Of a stretch of 64,000 nucleotides of DNA, positions 24,536 through 35,810 are shown in pieces. The position numbers and the translations under genes were made by a program. The stretch covers positions 1,426,001-1,490,000 of the forward strand of contig JBNJNM010000008.1 of the NCBI GenBank assembly GCA_052426225.1, given 5' to 3'. The DNA is from Zancudomyces culisetae HAW-14-8. Lineage: Eukaryota; Fungi; Kickxellomycota. Under the pieces are notes generated by a model. That model was not told the origin of the DNA. It was given only the letters and a program-made list of their open reading frames with translations, and did no database searches. Position 1 is the first letter of the stretch. The number at the start of each line of letters is the position of its first letter.

Positions 24536-25867
24536 TTTTTATCCCCTTCTCTTGGGGGGTTTTTTTGTAACAAGTAGATTAATTCCAATAATACTATTAT
24601 AGTAGTAACCCTGGGCTCAATGCAAGCCTTTTCCTATCATCAAGACAACAATGTAAATCCAAAAATCGTCCTTGAGGCACTACTAACTAGCTGTAAAAAC
24701 TCGGGAATGTCAATGGATGGATAGTTTACAATTAAATGAGCTGTTTTGCATCAAATTACCTCGAGCATTTTTTTTTTTGCAAAGAATAAAATAATGGCAT
24801 GCGGTTCTGTATTTCAAATGAGGCAATACTCCATTTATAGGTACTTATAATTTGTGAATATAACTATTTTACATATCATCACACGATTTACTCGTACCGT
24901 CCCCCCTCTCCCACCTCCGAAAAGAAACTAAAAAAAAAGAAAAATGTTAATTGGACTTTGGATTGTCCAAGTTTTTCATCTGAACCATACCCAATTTGCT
25001 TCCACTAACAAATGATCAATAGAATTTTTCAAGATGAGGGGGGGGGGGTGGGAGGAGAGTGAGAGAAGGAAGGAAAAAAAGCCTCCATTTGAATTTTTTG
25101 AATTTTTTTTTTTACAGTTTTAATCTAAAAATTCAATTAATCCTAGTGTGACGATTCAATTGTAATTGGATAAAATTGAACATATTTTGTTGCCGTAATT
25201 TAAAAAAAAATTTCTCTATTTTGTTTTTACATTCTGACATTTATTTATTTATATTTTGCTTTGTCCATTTAAATGCTCTTAAAAATCCAACTAGAAATAT
25301 TAAAAAAAAAGTAAAATATTGAATTACCATGTAGACACTGTGGCGAATCTGCAATGTTTAGCAACCTACCTTTTCTGTTTCTTTTTCTATCTTTTCTTAT
25401 ATGCAATCTTAAACTTTTTTACTTTCGTTTGTTGTCACCATAAACTTTTTTTTTGTGATGAAAAAAAAAAGTCTAAAAAAAAAAAAGAATTGGTAATGAT
25501 GGCAAAATGGATTAGGGTAAAGAGGAAGGGGGTGGGTAGGTGTGTGGTTTACTTGATTATTTTGGTTGGCTTTGAATATAAAAAACGCCTTGTGTTTTTA
25601 ACCTCTGGATTGTTATCCAATAAATTCTTGGAATAAAAAAAATTTTTTTTTCTTTTTTATGTGCTAAAAAATGATGCATTAAATATTGCTACTCTTTTTT
25701 TTTAATGGGTAAAATGATGTACTCAAAAAAATGAAAAAAAAAAGTTGGTGATTATAAAGAAAATTTTTTTTTTGTTTTTAAAAAAGCACCCAGTATTTTT
25801 AATAAATAAAGGTTCCTTATTTTACAACCTAACTTCAGGACTATCAAAAGGACTTATTAGAGACAAA

Positions 25868-26341
25868 ATGGCTGACGCTGATCATGAACACCACTTCGAG
25901 AGCAACCAATCTGGTGCTTCCCTGACCTACCCAATGCAATGTTCTGCCTTGAGAAAGAACGGATTTGTTGTCATCAAGGGCCGCCCATGCAAGATTGTTG
26001 ACATGTCCACCTCAAAAACCGGAAAGCACGGTCACGCTAAGGTAAATCTTGTCGGAATTGATATTTTCACCGGAAAGAAATTCGAAGATGTATCCCCATC
26101 AACCCACAACATGGATGTTCCAAACGTCAAGAGAGAGGAATACTCTCTCCTTAACATTGAGGACAGCTTTATGAGTCTCATGAACGCCGATGGCTCCACA
26201 AAGGAGGATGTTCGCGTCCCAGAAGGTGAGCTCGGTGAACAGCTTGAAGCCGCTTTTGACGAGGGTAAGGAATTGGTTGTCACAATCTTGAGTTCAATGA
26301 ACGAGGAGGCTTGTATCACATTCAAGGAAGCTCCTAAATAA
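25868..26341 (+). CDS. HYP2: Eukaryotic translation factor eIF5A
   Basis: 157 aa from ATG 25868 with the hypusination motif [12 protein letters not shown]; intronless. Confidence 0.97.
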   Translation: MADADHEHHFESNQSGASLTYPMQCSALRKNGFVVIKGRPCKIVDMSTSKTGKHGHAKVNLVGIDIFTGKKFEDVSPSTHNMDVPNVKREEYSLLNIEDSFMSLMNADGSTKEDVRVPEGELGEQLEAAFDEGKELVVTILSSMNEEACITFKEAPK

Positions 26342-27368
26342 ATTATCTAGTATATATTCGCCAACTATTAGGGAGGGAGTTTTCCTTCTCTTGTTTTGAA
26401 TGTTATACCAGTGTTCCAAATAGTACTTTTTTCTCTTTGCATGATGAGATATTCTATTTATTTTCATCTGGCCTGCTTTAGAAAAGACCGAAATTTGTTT
26501 TGCAAATAAATTTTTTGTGTTCCTTCATCCTTTCCCCGACTGTGTTCTCTTTCTTTTTTCTTGGTTTTTCGTTTGGCTTGGACTATAGAGGTTCGTTTAT
26601 CGATCGTTGACTTCTTTATACGGATCGAAACGGATTTCGGATGGTGTAACCACATTAGATTGCTTTTGTGGTTAAACAAGCCAAAGAAGAAAGATGACTG
26701 TTTGTTTCCAAAAGTGTACTGCGGTCACCCTGTACCTATGAATGGGCGTATATATCCGAGATCCTGCGTATTTTATTCTTTAAAGTATCTTAGAATCACA
26801 GTCATTCACCACACCTCCCCTTTTACACACCCTCCCACATACTCTCTTTTTTTCTCTTTCATCTTTTCACCATCTCTTCTCTCTAGCAAATATCAAACAT
26901 GTTACAGAGCTAGAAAGCACCTTCTTCATAGCTCATATTGGGATTACAGAATAACACCTGATCACGAAACCCAATATCCAGTTTTCTGCGTGACTTATAA
27001 AAATAAACTCAAACAACAAACACATCCTGCAACTACAGCACTCCTTAACACTGTGCACCAAGCGCGGTTGCAAAGCACCCATGCTCCTCTATCTTTCTTT
27101 ACTTTCTCTTTCTCTATTTCTCTCTCTCTCTCACCCTCGTCACTCACATCCATTCTCTCTCTACCTTTCCTCCTCCAAATGTCCAAAAATCACTACATTT
27201 AAAACGTATATTTTGTCACTTTTCAAAACAATAAATTTTGAAAAATAAAAATGCTAAGCATAATGGTTAACTCTAAGAAAAAAAAAAGTAATATTAAGTA
27301 TTCATAAAACAAGTACAGCAAACAAACGAGGCAAGGCCACTGAAGGGATTCCACCACCCCCTCCACCC

Positions 27369-28540
27369 TTAGTCGTCAAAAGATCCAATAGAACTACACT
27401 CCTCTTCATCAGAAGCATTTCTGGATTCCATATTAAATATCTCCTTCGAAGCGTATTTCTTTACATGTTCTAAAGCATTGTTTAATGATGATCATATTAA
27501 CACGATATTCATATTTCCCTAGTATTTAATTACAAAACCACCAAGAAAATGTATTTACCTTTTACTTTAATGTCATATGCTGGAGGATTTCTCATAAGCA
27601 ACGCTGCAGCCTCGCCATTCAGCGGATCTGTAGGATTGGGGTATCTGAGGAGTTGAGGCAAAAACGACTCGAAAATGTTTAGCATATCTATGAATTAACA
27701 CATGTACACGCATTTAATACATCTTTAGCCTGCAAGCAGTCTAGAAACCAAATATACTCGCTTCTGCTCTATATTTGCTGAACAATGTGCTCTTCAATAG
27801 TTGTATTGCCGCCTAGTTTCAAAAAAAAAGAAAGAAAGAATATGCTCAACTTACCATACATAGGGCTCCAGGTCTGGTTGATTACGTCTAGGCATACAGA
27901 GCCACTCCTAAAATATTGTTTTGTCTCGTTTTTAGGATGGGGAAAATATCTCAAGATGTATACAATCACCAGGTAAAAAAAAAACTAAAAAACTAAAAAT
28001 CTGAAAAAGAATAAAAGCAACTTACGATTCATCAATGTTTGGGTGGTAAATTCTGTTAGAAAACCCTATGGATGGGGATCGGTATGGATATTCCTCCGGT
28101 AACTCAACATGTATCTTCCAAATACCCCCAGAAAACGGCGCTATTTGGTGATTTACTCAATTATATATTCTTGTATCTACATCCTGTACATTTTTAAATT
28201 CGAGAAAGTAGAAAGCACAATTCTCACATGCCAGCACTTACTATCTTTTGGCCCTTTGAATATCACATAAAACTCCTGCAAATTGTCGTTCACTAATGAG
28301 ACCTTGTAATCGCTCATTAGGCTATTTTTCCGATAATAAACCAGTATAAGTATCACATTTATCAACTGCTGTAGTTGAATACAAAAGTTATATACTGATA
28401 AAAAAATAAAAAACACTCAGCAACCAGACAAAAAAAAGTGAATGTATGAATATATATAATATGCGTGCTTGTGTGCGCATAACCTACAGCTTCATTACGT
28501 CCGTCTCCAATCTCCTATTTGACATTGCTTTTGCTGGCAT
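27369..28540 (-). CDS. UBC8: Ubiquitin-conjugating enzyme E2, Ubc8/UBE2H family, multi-exon
   Basis: Exons translate to [18 protein letters not shown] / LMSDYKV...FKGPKD / [26 protein letters not shown]...YHPNIDE / [17 protein letters not shown] / [23 protein letters not shown] / acidic tail, with GT-AG introns. Confidence 0.93.
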
Positions 28541-30584
28541 TTTTCCCTGCTTTTTTTCTGTACAACAACTGGTAGTTCAGATGGAATTCAACTTTTGGAA
28601 ACTAGTTTACAAAATATTTCAAGACAAATACACAAATTCCTTGTAGTGGTATATCGGTTTCTACTGTGACTTTATGTTATCCAAAGCTTAAAAACATGTA
28701 GTTTTGTATGACAATATATGTGCTCGAAAATTCCAAGAGTTTTTTCCAGGAAGTACAGAACAAATGTCTAAATTAGGCTATATACTTGTATGCGGCTCTA
28801 ATAGAATCATGTTAGTCCAATTCCTGTAACCCAACACTTCTTTTTGTTTGCAGCCTTGGAGGCTATTGGATAACAATTATGTCAATTCTCAGTGGTTTTG
28901 GGCGAGTACCTGCGTAGCCATTAATTTTCGGTGAGCTAATTTTTGTTTCTTATATAATTGGATATGCTCTGTCGAATCATAGGGCAATGTTATTTAGACC
29001 TCTTGACATTCAGCTTTGTTGGTGTCACATTTTCTCTTCCGCAATCCAACATTTTGTAATGTATTTACCTATGGAAAAAAAAAATCACACAAAAACAAAC
29101 TAACACTACCACTCAAATACGCATTCTATCTTCATCTTTGATTCCATTTATTTGTCCTCCCCTCCCTTTCCTCCAATAAAGATGTGTCATGGCCGGAATA
29201 GCAACTTTTTTTTGACGCAGGTCGTAAATACACAAACAAATATGTTGTGTTTATGGTCCTTATGACCAATTTTTTTACTCTAGCTGGGGAATAACAATTA
29301 GGTATAATGGGCAAAAATAGAACGCTCTATTCAGAAAAAATTGACCAATCGTACCCAGTCTTCAAACATACAAAAGGAGTTTGGTCTTCTGCTATTGAGC
29401 GGGGAGGGGGAGATGGCATTTATTGACTAATTGATTACCGAAAGAAAGTATTTGAACTGGTGATACACACATACATTTGCGCTTTCGTACAATTAGGCAA
29501 AGTAGATTTCTCGCCTGGGAAATGTAGAAAGGTATAGAGCGTATACAATCATTGCTATAATGCGGCTAGTTTATAGGTTTTTTTTTGGTTGTGCCTCTAG
29601 CCCTTACATTAACTGACTATTTCTTCAAAAATGAAATTAGAAACCCTTTTGGTACATTTCTAGGTTTTGATGAGACAAGATTAGTTTTATAATTTTTGGG
29701 CATAGAAAAAGCTAGAAAGGTATTAAGAGATTGGAAAAGAGAACCAGTGCATCTACTGGTAATTGTATAAGCTTGTTACAGGAACCATTTCCATCTCTAG
29801 AAAAAAAAAGAAAGCAACATAATGTAATATATGGCTTTGAGGTACACGGATGTTCTACCACTAGATTCCTTTGTACAATCTCGTGATGTTTTATATGCAA
29901 ACAAACATCAAGATATTACAAAACCCTCATTTTTACATTTATTGGAAAGTATACCAGCTCTGCTTTTTTTCTTTGGCTTCGATATTATGTTTCTGATGTT
30001 CTGATAGTAGAACATTAAAATTAGTCAACAAGAACACTTATTATTATATGAAAAAGGGGTGGGATAAGATGTGTAAAAAAAGAAATAGTGTCTACTATCG
30101 AGTATGACCAACTTTTATTTACACACGAAGGCGGGTAAATATAACTAAAAAGCTGTCCATCTTATTACAATACTATTGCAAGTTTGGAAACATATCTAAT
30201 TTTGATAGTATTTATTAAACGCTGTACCTTGAGCCGTACTTTATTAAAGGGATCACAGAAACCCGCACCAACATTTATCCATACATTTGCATATTCAGCA
30301 AATAAGTAGTTAAAAGTACTTGTTATGTTTTAAACTTTCTTTAAACTTATTAGGCATACTACGATAGTATTATTTGACTAGAAATGAAAGTTTTTATTTA
30401 TTTTCTGTGTTTTTATAAGTATCTAAACACAACCAAAACAACACAGCATAATGCGGTTTAATAAAAAAAAAAACAATGCTTTTATAAAATATAAGGTTGA
30501 TAACAGTATAGCTTAGTAAGAACCAAATATACAAATTAATTGACAATCTCCCTTTTAGCTATATAGTGTAACGAGACATTTGGT

Positions 30585-32753
30585 TTATACAACACTACCA
30601 CAGGACACAAATCCATCACTCAAACACTGGCACCTATCACCTAAAGAATTGCTAAATACAGATGCTCCGTTGAACCCAACACATTCGTCAAAACATGATG
30701 CGTTGGCAACTCCCACCTGACAAGAGTTGGATGTTGTAGAGCATTCTTCGGCTCCATCGCTCCCACATCTGCACAACTCATTCCTAGAATTAACAAAGCT
30801 ACCACTACCTCTATTGGTAATGCACGCACTGTAGCATGTAGCATCTGGTACACCAAACTTACACTGGGAATTTACTGGTAAACAAGCCTTACAACCATCA
30901 CCATTGCATTTGCAAATCTGGCTCTTCCCATTGATAAAATTTTCAGCACCATTATTTACAATACAGCTATTAAAGCACTCAGGAGTTGCTACGCCCACAA
31001 AGCATGGAATTTGGGGTACGCGACACTCTACTGACCCATCTTTTAGGCAGCTACAAATCTCGCTTTTATCATTTATGAATGTCTCGCCACCATTTTTATC
31101 GATGCATTCCTGGAAACATTCAGGCGCTTCGGCTCCCGCAAGGCATGATATCTTAATCTTACTACAAAGTACTGACCCATCTGGTATACACTGACATGTA
31201 TTACCATCATTGTCTGTAAATAATTCACCACCATTTTCACTAACGCACTGCTGAAAGCATATATCGGTTGAGGTGGTTAAAGGGTTTGTGGCTGATGTAT
31301 AGGACAGGCTCTCTATTGTTGATGATGGAGTAGTTGGTTCTGGCGTGGTTGGTTCTGGTGTAGTTGGTTCTGGTGTAGTTGATTGTGGAGTAGTTGGTTC
31401 TGGCGTAGTTGGTTCTGGTGTGGTTAATGATGGTGTAGTTAATGGTGGTGTGGTTAATGGTGGTGTAGTTAATGATGGAATAGTTGGTTCTGGTATGGTT
31501 GGTAGTGATGTAGTTAATGGTGATGTGGTTAATGGTGTGGTTAATGGTGGTGTGGTTGGTTCTGGCGTGGTTAATGATGGAGTGGTTGGTTCTGGTGTGG
31601 TTAATGGTGGTGTGGTTGGTTCTGGCGTGGTTGGTTCTGGAGTAGTTAATGATGGAGTAGTTGGTTCTGGAGTAGTTGGTTCTGGCGTAGTTGATTCTGG
31701 TGTGGTTAATGGTGGTGTGGTTGGTTCTGGCGTGGTTAATGATGGAGTAGTTGGTTGTGGAATAGTTGGTTCTGGCGTGGTTGGTAGTGATGTAGTTAAT
31801 GGTGATGTGGTTGATTCTGGCGTAGTTGATTCTGGTGTGGTTAATGGTGGTGTGGTTAATGGTGGTGTGGTTGGTTCTGGAGTAGTTAATGATGGAGTAG
31901 TTGGTTCTGGAGTAGTTGATTCTGGCGTAGTTAATGGTGGTGTGGTTGGTTCTGGTGTGGTTGGTAGTGATGTAGTTAATAGTGATGTGGTTGATTCTGG
32001 CGTAGTTAATGATGGTGTGGTTAATGGTGGTGTGGTTAATGATGGTGTAGTTTGTTCTGGCGTGGTTGGTTGTGATGTATTGGGTAAGTGTGTATAATAT
32101 GATGGTGCAGTTAGTGATGATCTATCAGATACTGATTTACTTGGTACTAGTGTGTTTGATGATTGTGTGTATGATGGAAATATATATGCGTTTGATGTAT
32201 ATGGTGACGTTGTAACTGAAGTTTGTATGTACGATGGTAGTATATATGAAGTTGGTTTATTATGTGAGAGTGTATTATTTGATGGAGTGGTTAGTGACAT
32301 TATAATTGAAGTTTGTATATATGACAAAGATTTAGTTGGTAATGATGTAGTTGGTAACGACGTATATAATGCTGTATTTGAGGTAGACTTGCTTATTGTA
32401 GGTGTTGGGCCGTATGACGGAGTTGCACCAGCAGATATTGATGTACTCGAATCTGTTGCACTGTAGATTAATGTTTTTGATAGTAGTGTACCCAAGCTTG
32501 GTGTGTTTGAAGATACTTTATTTGAAGCTGGAGCATCAGGTGGATCTGCAGTTACCATATTCGAAGTTATGTATTCTGGTATTGGTGTAGTATATAAGTT
32601 TACAGTGGACGCTGTTGTAATTACCACTGTAACACTTGATGCTTCAGCAACATAGGTTGTGGTATCTGGTTGTTTTACATAACAACGCTGAGCCCCACTA
32701 GTGCTGCTAAGCACGTTGAGAAATAATAGAGTATGAAGTTGTATATTTTTCAT
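30585..32753 (-). CDS. Secreted mucin-like protein: Pro/Thr repeat stalk plus five Cys-rich repeats
   Basis: Signal peptide from ATG 32753, Ser/Thr-rich region, about 50 copies of (P/S/L)TTPx and five 47-aa Cys-rich repeats at the C-terminus. Confidence 0.9.
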   Translation of the reverse strand: MKNIQLHTLLFLNVLSSTSGAQRCYVKQPDTTTYVAEASSVTVVITTASTVNLYTTPIPEYITSNMVTADPPDAPASNKVSSNTPSLGTLLSKTLIYSATDSSTSISAGATPSYGPTPTISKSTSNTALYTSLPTTSLPTKSLSYIQTSIIMSLTTPSNNTLSHNKPTSYILPSYIQTSVTTSPYTSNAYIFPSYTQSSNTLVPSKSVSDRSSLTAPSYYTHLPNTSQPTTPEQTTPSLTTPPLTTPSLTTPESTTSLLTTSLPTTPEPTTPPLTTPESTTPEPTTPSLTTPEPTTPPLTTPPLTTPESTTPESTTSPLTTSLPTTPEPTIPQPTTPSLTTPEPTTPPLTTPESTTPEPTTPEPTTPSLTTPEPTTPEPTTPPLTTPEPTTPSLTTPEPTTPPLTTPLTTSPLTTSLPTIPEPTIPSLTTPPLTTPPLTTPSLTTPEPTTPEPTTPQSTTPEPTTPEPTTPEPTTPSSTIESLSYTSATNPLTTSTDICFQQCVSENGGELFTDNDGNTCQCIPDGSVLCSKIKISCLAGAEAPECFQECIDKNGGETFINDKSEICSCLKDGSVECRVPQIPCFVGVATPECFNSCIVNNGAENFINGKSQICKCNGDGCKACLPVNSQCKFGVPDATCYSACITNRGSGSFVNSRNELCRCGSDGAEECSTTSNSCQVGVANASCFDECVGFNGASVFSNSLGDRCQCLSDGFVSCGSVV
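31325..32072 (-). repeat. Coding 15-bp minisatellite (PTTPE/LTTPP/LTTPS units)
   Basis: Degenerate tandem 15-mers such as TGTAGTTGGTTCTGG on the plus strand. Confidence 0.9.
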
Positions 32754-34585
32754 AGCCACTAGTAAAATATTTTGACTTTGTTAAAACCAAGTATATATCA
32801 GGTATGATAAGGTAAAAGCATGTGTATTGGGCTTTTATGCCGAGTGTCGTGTATTTATAGAAAAGTTTTTTTTTCCATTAGCACAATGCTGTCCAATATC
32901 ACCAAGCTATTAGACAAATAGAGATAAAAAGTTAATCTTATAAGGCGCTTTATGCATTCTCTCTTTTGTGATGTCAGCTTTTTTTTTTCAAGTAAAGAAA
33001 CAACACCTCTTTTAGGCTCTATATCTATTTACAATGGACATTTGCACCAAATATTCTATAAAGCTTGTATTCCAAATACTTGATTACTGTGCTATAAAGG
33101 ATAAACCCACTTTTAAGGTACACAGCATTTATATGTGGAAAAGTGAATTTAAGTGATTTACTATGTCCATTCGAAATAAACTAAAAAATTCAACCAAAAT
33201 GAACGTCAATTTTCAGTGTCAAATATATTATAATGATGATTTTTTTTTGCTTATGTGATATATACATTACCCAATTTTGACAGTTTGTTTATGGAACTTC
33301 GAAACTCTCTATGTATGAAAGAGGAGAAGAATAAGCAGAACAGGTATACAACATTCTCGTTTTATTCTAAAGCCTATAAAGCTTATTTTTAAAACTAAAT
33401 ACAAAATACAAATACTGAAAATATACACGGGGTTTAGAACACGCTAATACTCGCGCAAAAAGAGAATTGTTAGTGGGGCTTGCCAAATTTCTAGTCGTTA
33501 AAACAGTAATCAATATATTAGTTTTTTTTTCAAGTTTAAATCAATACAGATAAACTTATTTTCTAAAATACTAAAGTCAACTAATTGAGAGGTAAAGAAA
33601 TAAAACTTGTTGTATTCGAACCCTACCTTTGAAAACGCCGGTATGCCAAAAAATAGTCCAGCCAAAGGGATAACCAACAACGCAACATATATGCCCATTT
33701 TTCAAAGTGAGTGATTATCTTGAAAGGTGCTTTCCTTGTAGAAAAATTATAAAAAGACTATTTTAGACATGGTCCAAGTTGGTACTTGCGTTGTAGAAGG
33801 AAAATTACTCTATGGCTTTGTTTTGATACAAATATGTGATATGAAAGAGTTTTTTACCCAGAAGAATTTCTTCGGTTTATATTTTTTTTTGTAGTGGCGA
33901 GTACAGAATAAGAACACCCAAGTAGAATATAATGGCCTTTATATTATCCAAAAAATAATTTAGTGGGAAATGGCAGTTCGTCTAAATGGATGAAAACGAA
34001 AACCAAGCTTCTTTGTTAGCTTTACTCAACGTATTGGTAGCAAGATGGCTTGCAAAAGCAGTTGTGTTTTATAACCAAGCAGTATGTTTGGTGCAGCAAC
34101 TCATAAAAAAAAGGGAGGTTCAGCTATCCCAAATTGGTGCCACCTATTCCAATGTTATACTAGACACTTGTTAAGAGAAATTGTGTATCAATGGTGTTAT
34201 CATCGAAAGTTGCCCAAGTAGAATTATAACAACGTTATGGTCTTTGCTAAGCTTTCAGGAGATACTCAAAACACAAAAGCGAAAGAGCCAAATCCAAAAG
34301 CTTCAAATAGTGAGAAAAAAAGGGGTAATAAAGTGGGATTTGATACCATTTAGAGTAAAAAAAATCGCCGATAAATTCAAAGGAATATCATAAAATATAT
34401 TATAAAAGCACAAACAATTGATGTCTTCCAAACAGGCCTTCCCCCTTCTGACGAGCTAGAAAGGGGCAATAACATAAATAATAAGATGAGTCTAAGCAAA
34501 TGAGGAAGGTAGGGAAAAGGGTGGTTTGTTGGTTTGTTGGTTTGTTGGTCTTTAAGCTTTTTAGTTGGTTGGTAAAAAGGCAGAT

Positions 34586-35810
34586 TTACGCCCATATCTA
34601 TAGACATTCGTACAAAAAGGCACATTAGTATATATCACATCACTCAAATTAAAATTAGTTACCTAGTATAAAATACCGAGAATTTTATATATAATTACCT
34701 TTAATAAACTGTCCCAGGAGCCAGTGCACAAAGACATTCCATCATGAGATACACCAAGGCAACTAACGCGATTATCGTGGCCAGACAAAACACCAACCCT
34801 ATCTCCCTTCAGAACATCCCAAACATTACAGTTAAAGTCGTCGTACCCAGCAAACATAAGTCTTCCAGAAGCTGAGAAGGAGATAGATGTTATTCCACAA
34901 AGAATGGCATCATTAGTGTACTGATTGAGCTCCCTATCTGCTCTCAAGTCAAAGAGCTTACAAGAAGCATCATCTGAACCTGTTCCAAAAGCATTTCCAT
35001 TAGGGAAAAACTGAACAGCATTGATATCAGATTCGTGTCCAGTAAATGATTGTACGCAACGACCTGTGCGAATATCCCAAACTTTAGCAGTGGAGTCACA
35101 GGCACCACTTACAAAGATGTTTTTATTGGGACCCAGAGACAGACTCATGACATCGCCAGTGTGATCCAAAAACTCTGTTACTTTTACACCAGCATCAATG
35201 TCCCAAAGGATACATGACATGTCGCCACTGCTTGTGATTATTTGTCTGTCCGACAAGAAGCGGCAGCAACTTAGATAACCTGTATGCCCTGATAATTCCC
35301 TGGCAACACGCACAGGTCCCTCGCGCGACTTCAAGTTATATATAGAGCACAAGTTATCCAGTCCACCACAAGCAACAAAATTTGCACTAGGCGAATACGC
35401 GCATGTCATAACCCATGAGGATCGCAGTGGGATCGCATGTAGTTTGTTTGTGGTGTATGCATCCCATACTATCAGCTTACCATCCTGAGACGCAGATACA
35501 ATGCTTGGCTCACTCTCAGCCCAGTGCATTGCGTATATTTTGGCCAAGTGTCCCTTTAGTGTCCTTTTTACTTTCATTGAAATCCTAGGTAGTTTTTCAA
35601 TTTCACTTGCTGCTGCTCTAACTATTATTGCCAAAAAATCACGTACAGTTAAAAAAAAAATGCTAGGATGTGTACTCTTTAAATTTATAAACACTCTAGT
35701 TATTCCTTACGTGTTGTATCTGCAAGCTCTTCTCTTTGCTTTTTGATTTTTTCCTTGAGCCTTTCGGTCTCCTTTTTAGCATCAGCTATCTTTTCGTTTA
35801 TGTCTGACAT
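34586..35810 (-). CDS. GPB1: Heterotrimeric G-protein beta subunit (WD40)
   Basis: Three exons (35810-35711, 35621-about 34699, 34597-34586). N-terminal coiled coil, [23 protein letters not shown], seven WD repeats, ending WDSLLK/IWA-stop. Confidence 0.96.

Noticed and set aside
25745-25867. 41-aa N-terminal extension on eIF5A
   Set aside because: Starts at TTG; the conserved protein begins at ATG 25868 in good context.
26561-27202. 213-aa ORF and a small hairpin (TAACCACA...TGTGGTTA) between eIF5A and UBC8
   Set aside because: TTG start and no family signal; an 8-bp stem is too little to call an ncRNA or SECIS.
31345-32097. 250-aa Val/Gly-rich plus-strand ORF
   Set aside because: Antisense shadow of the Pro/Thr repeat in the mucin-like gene.
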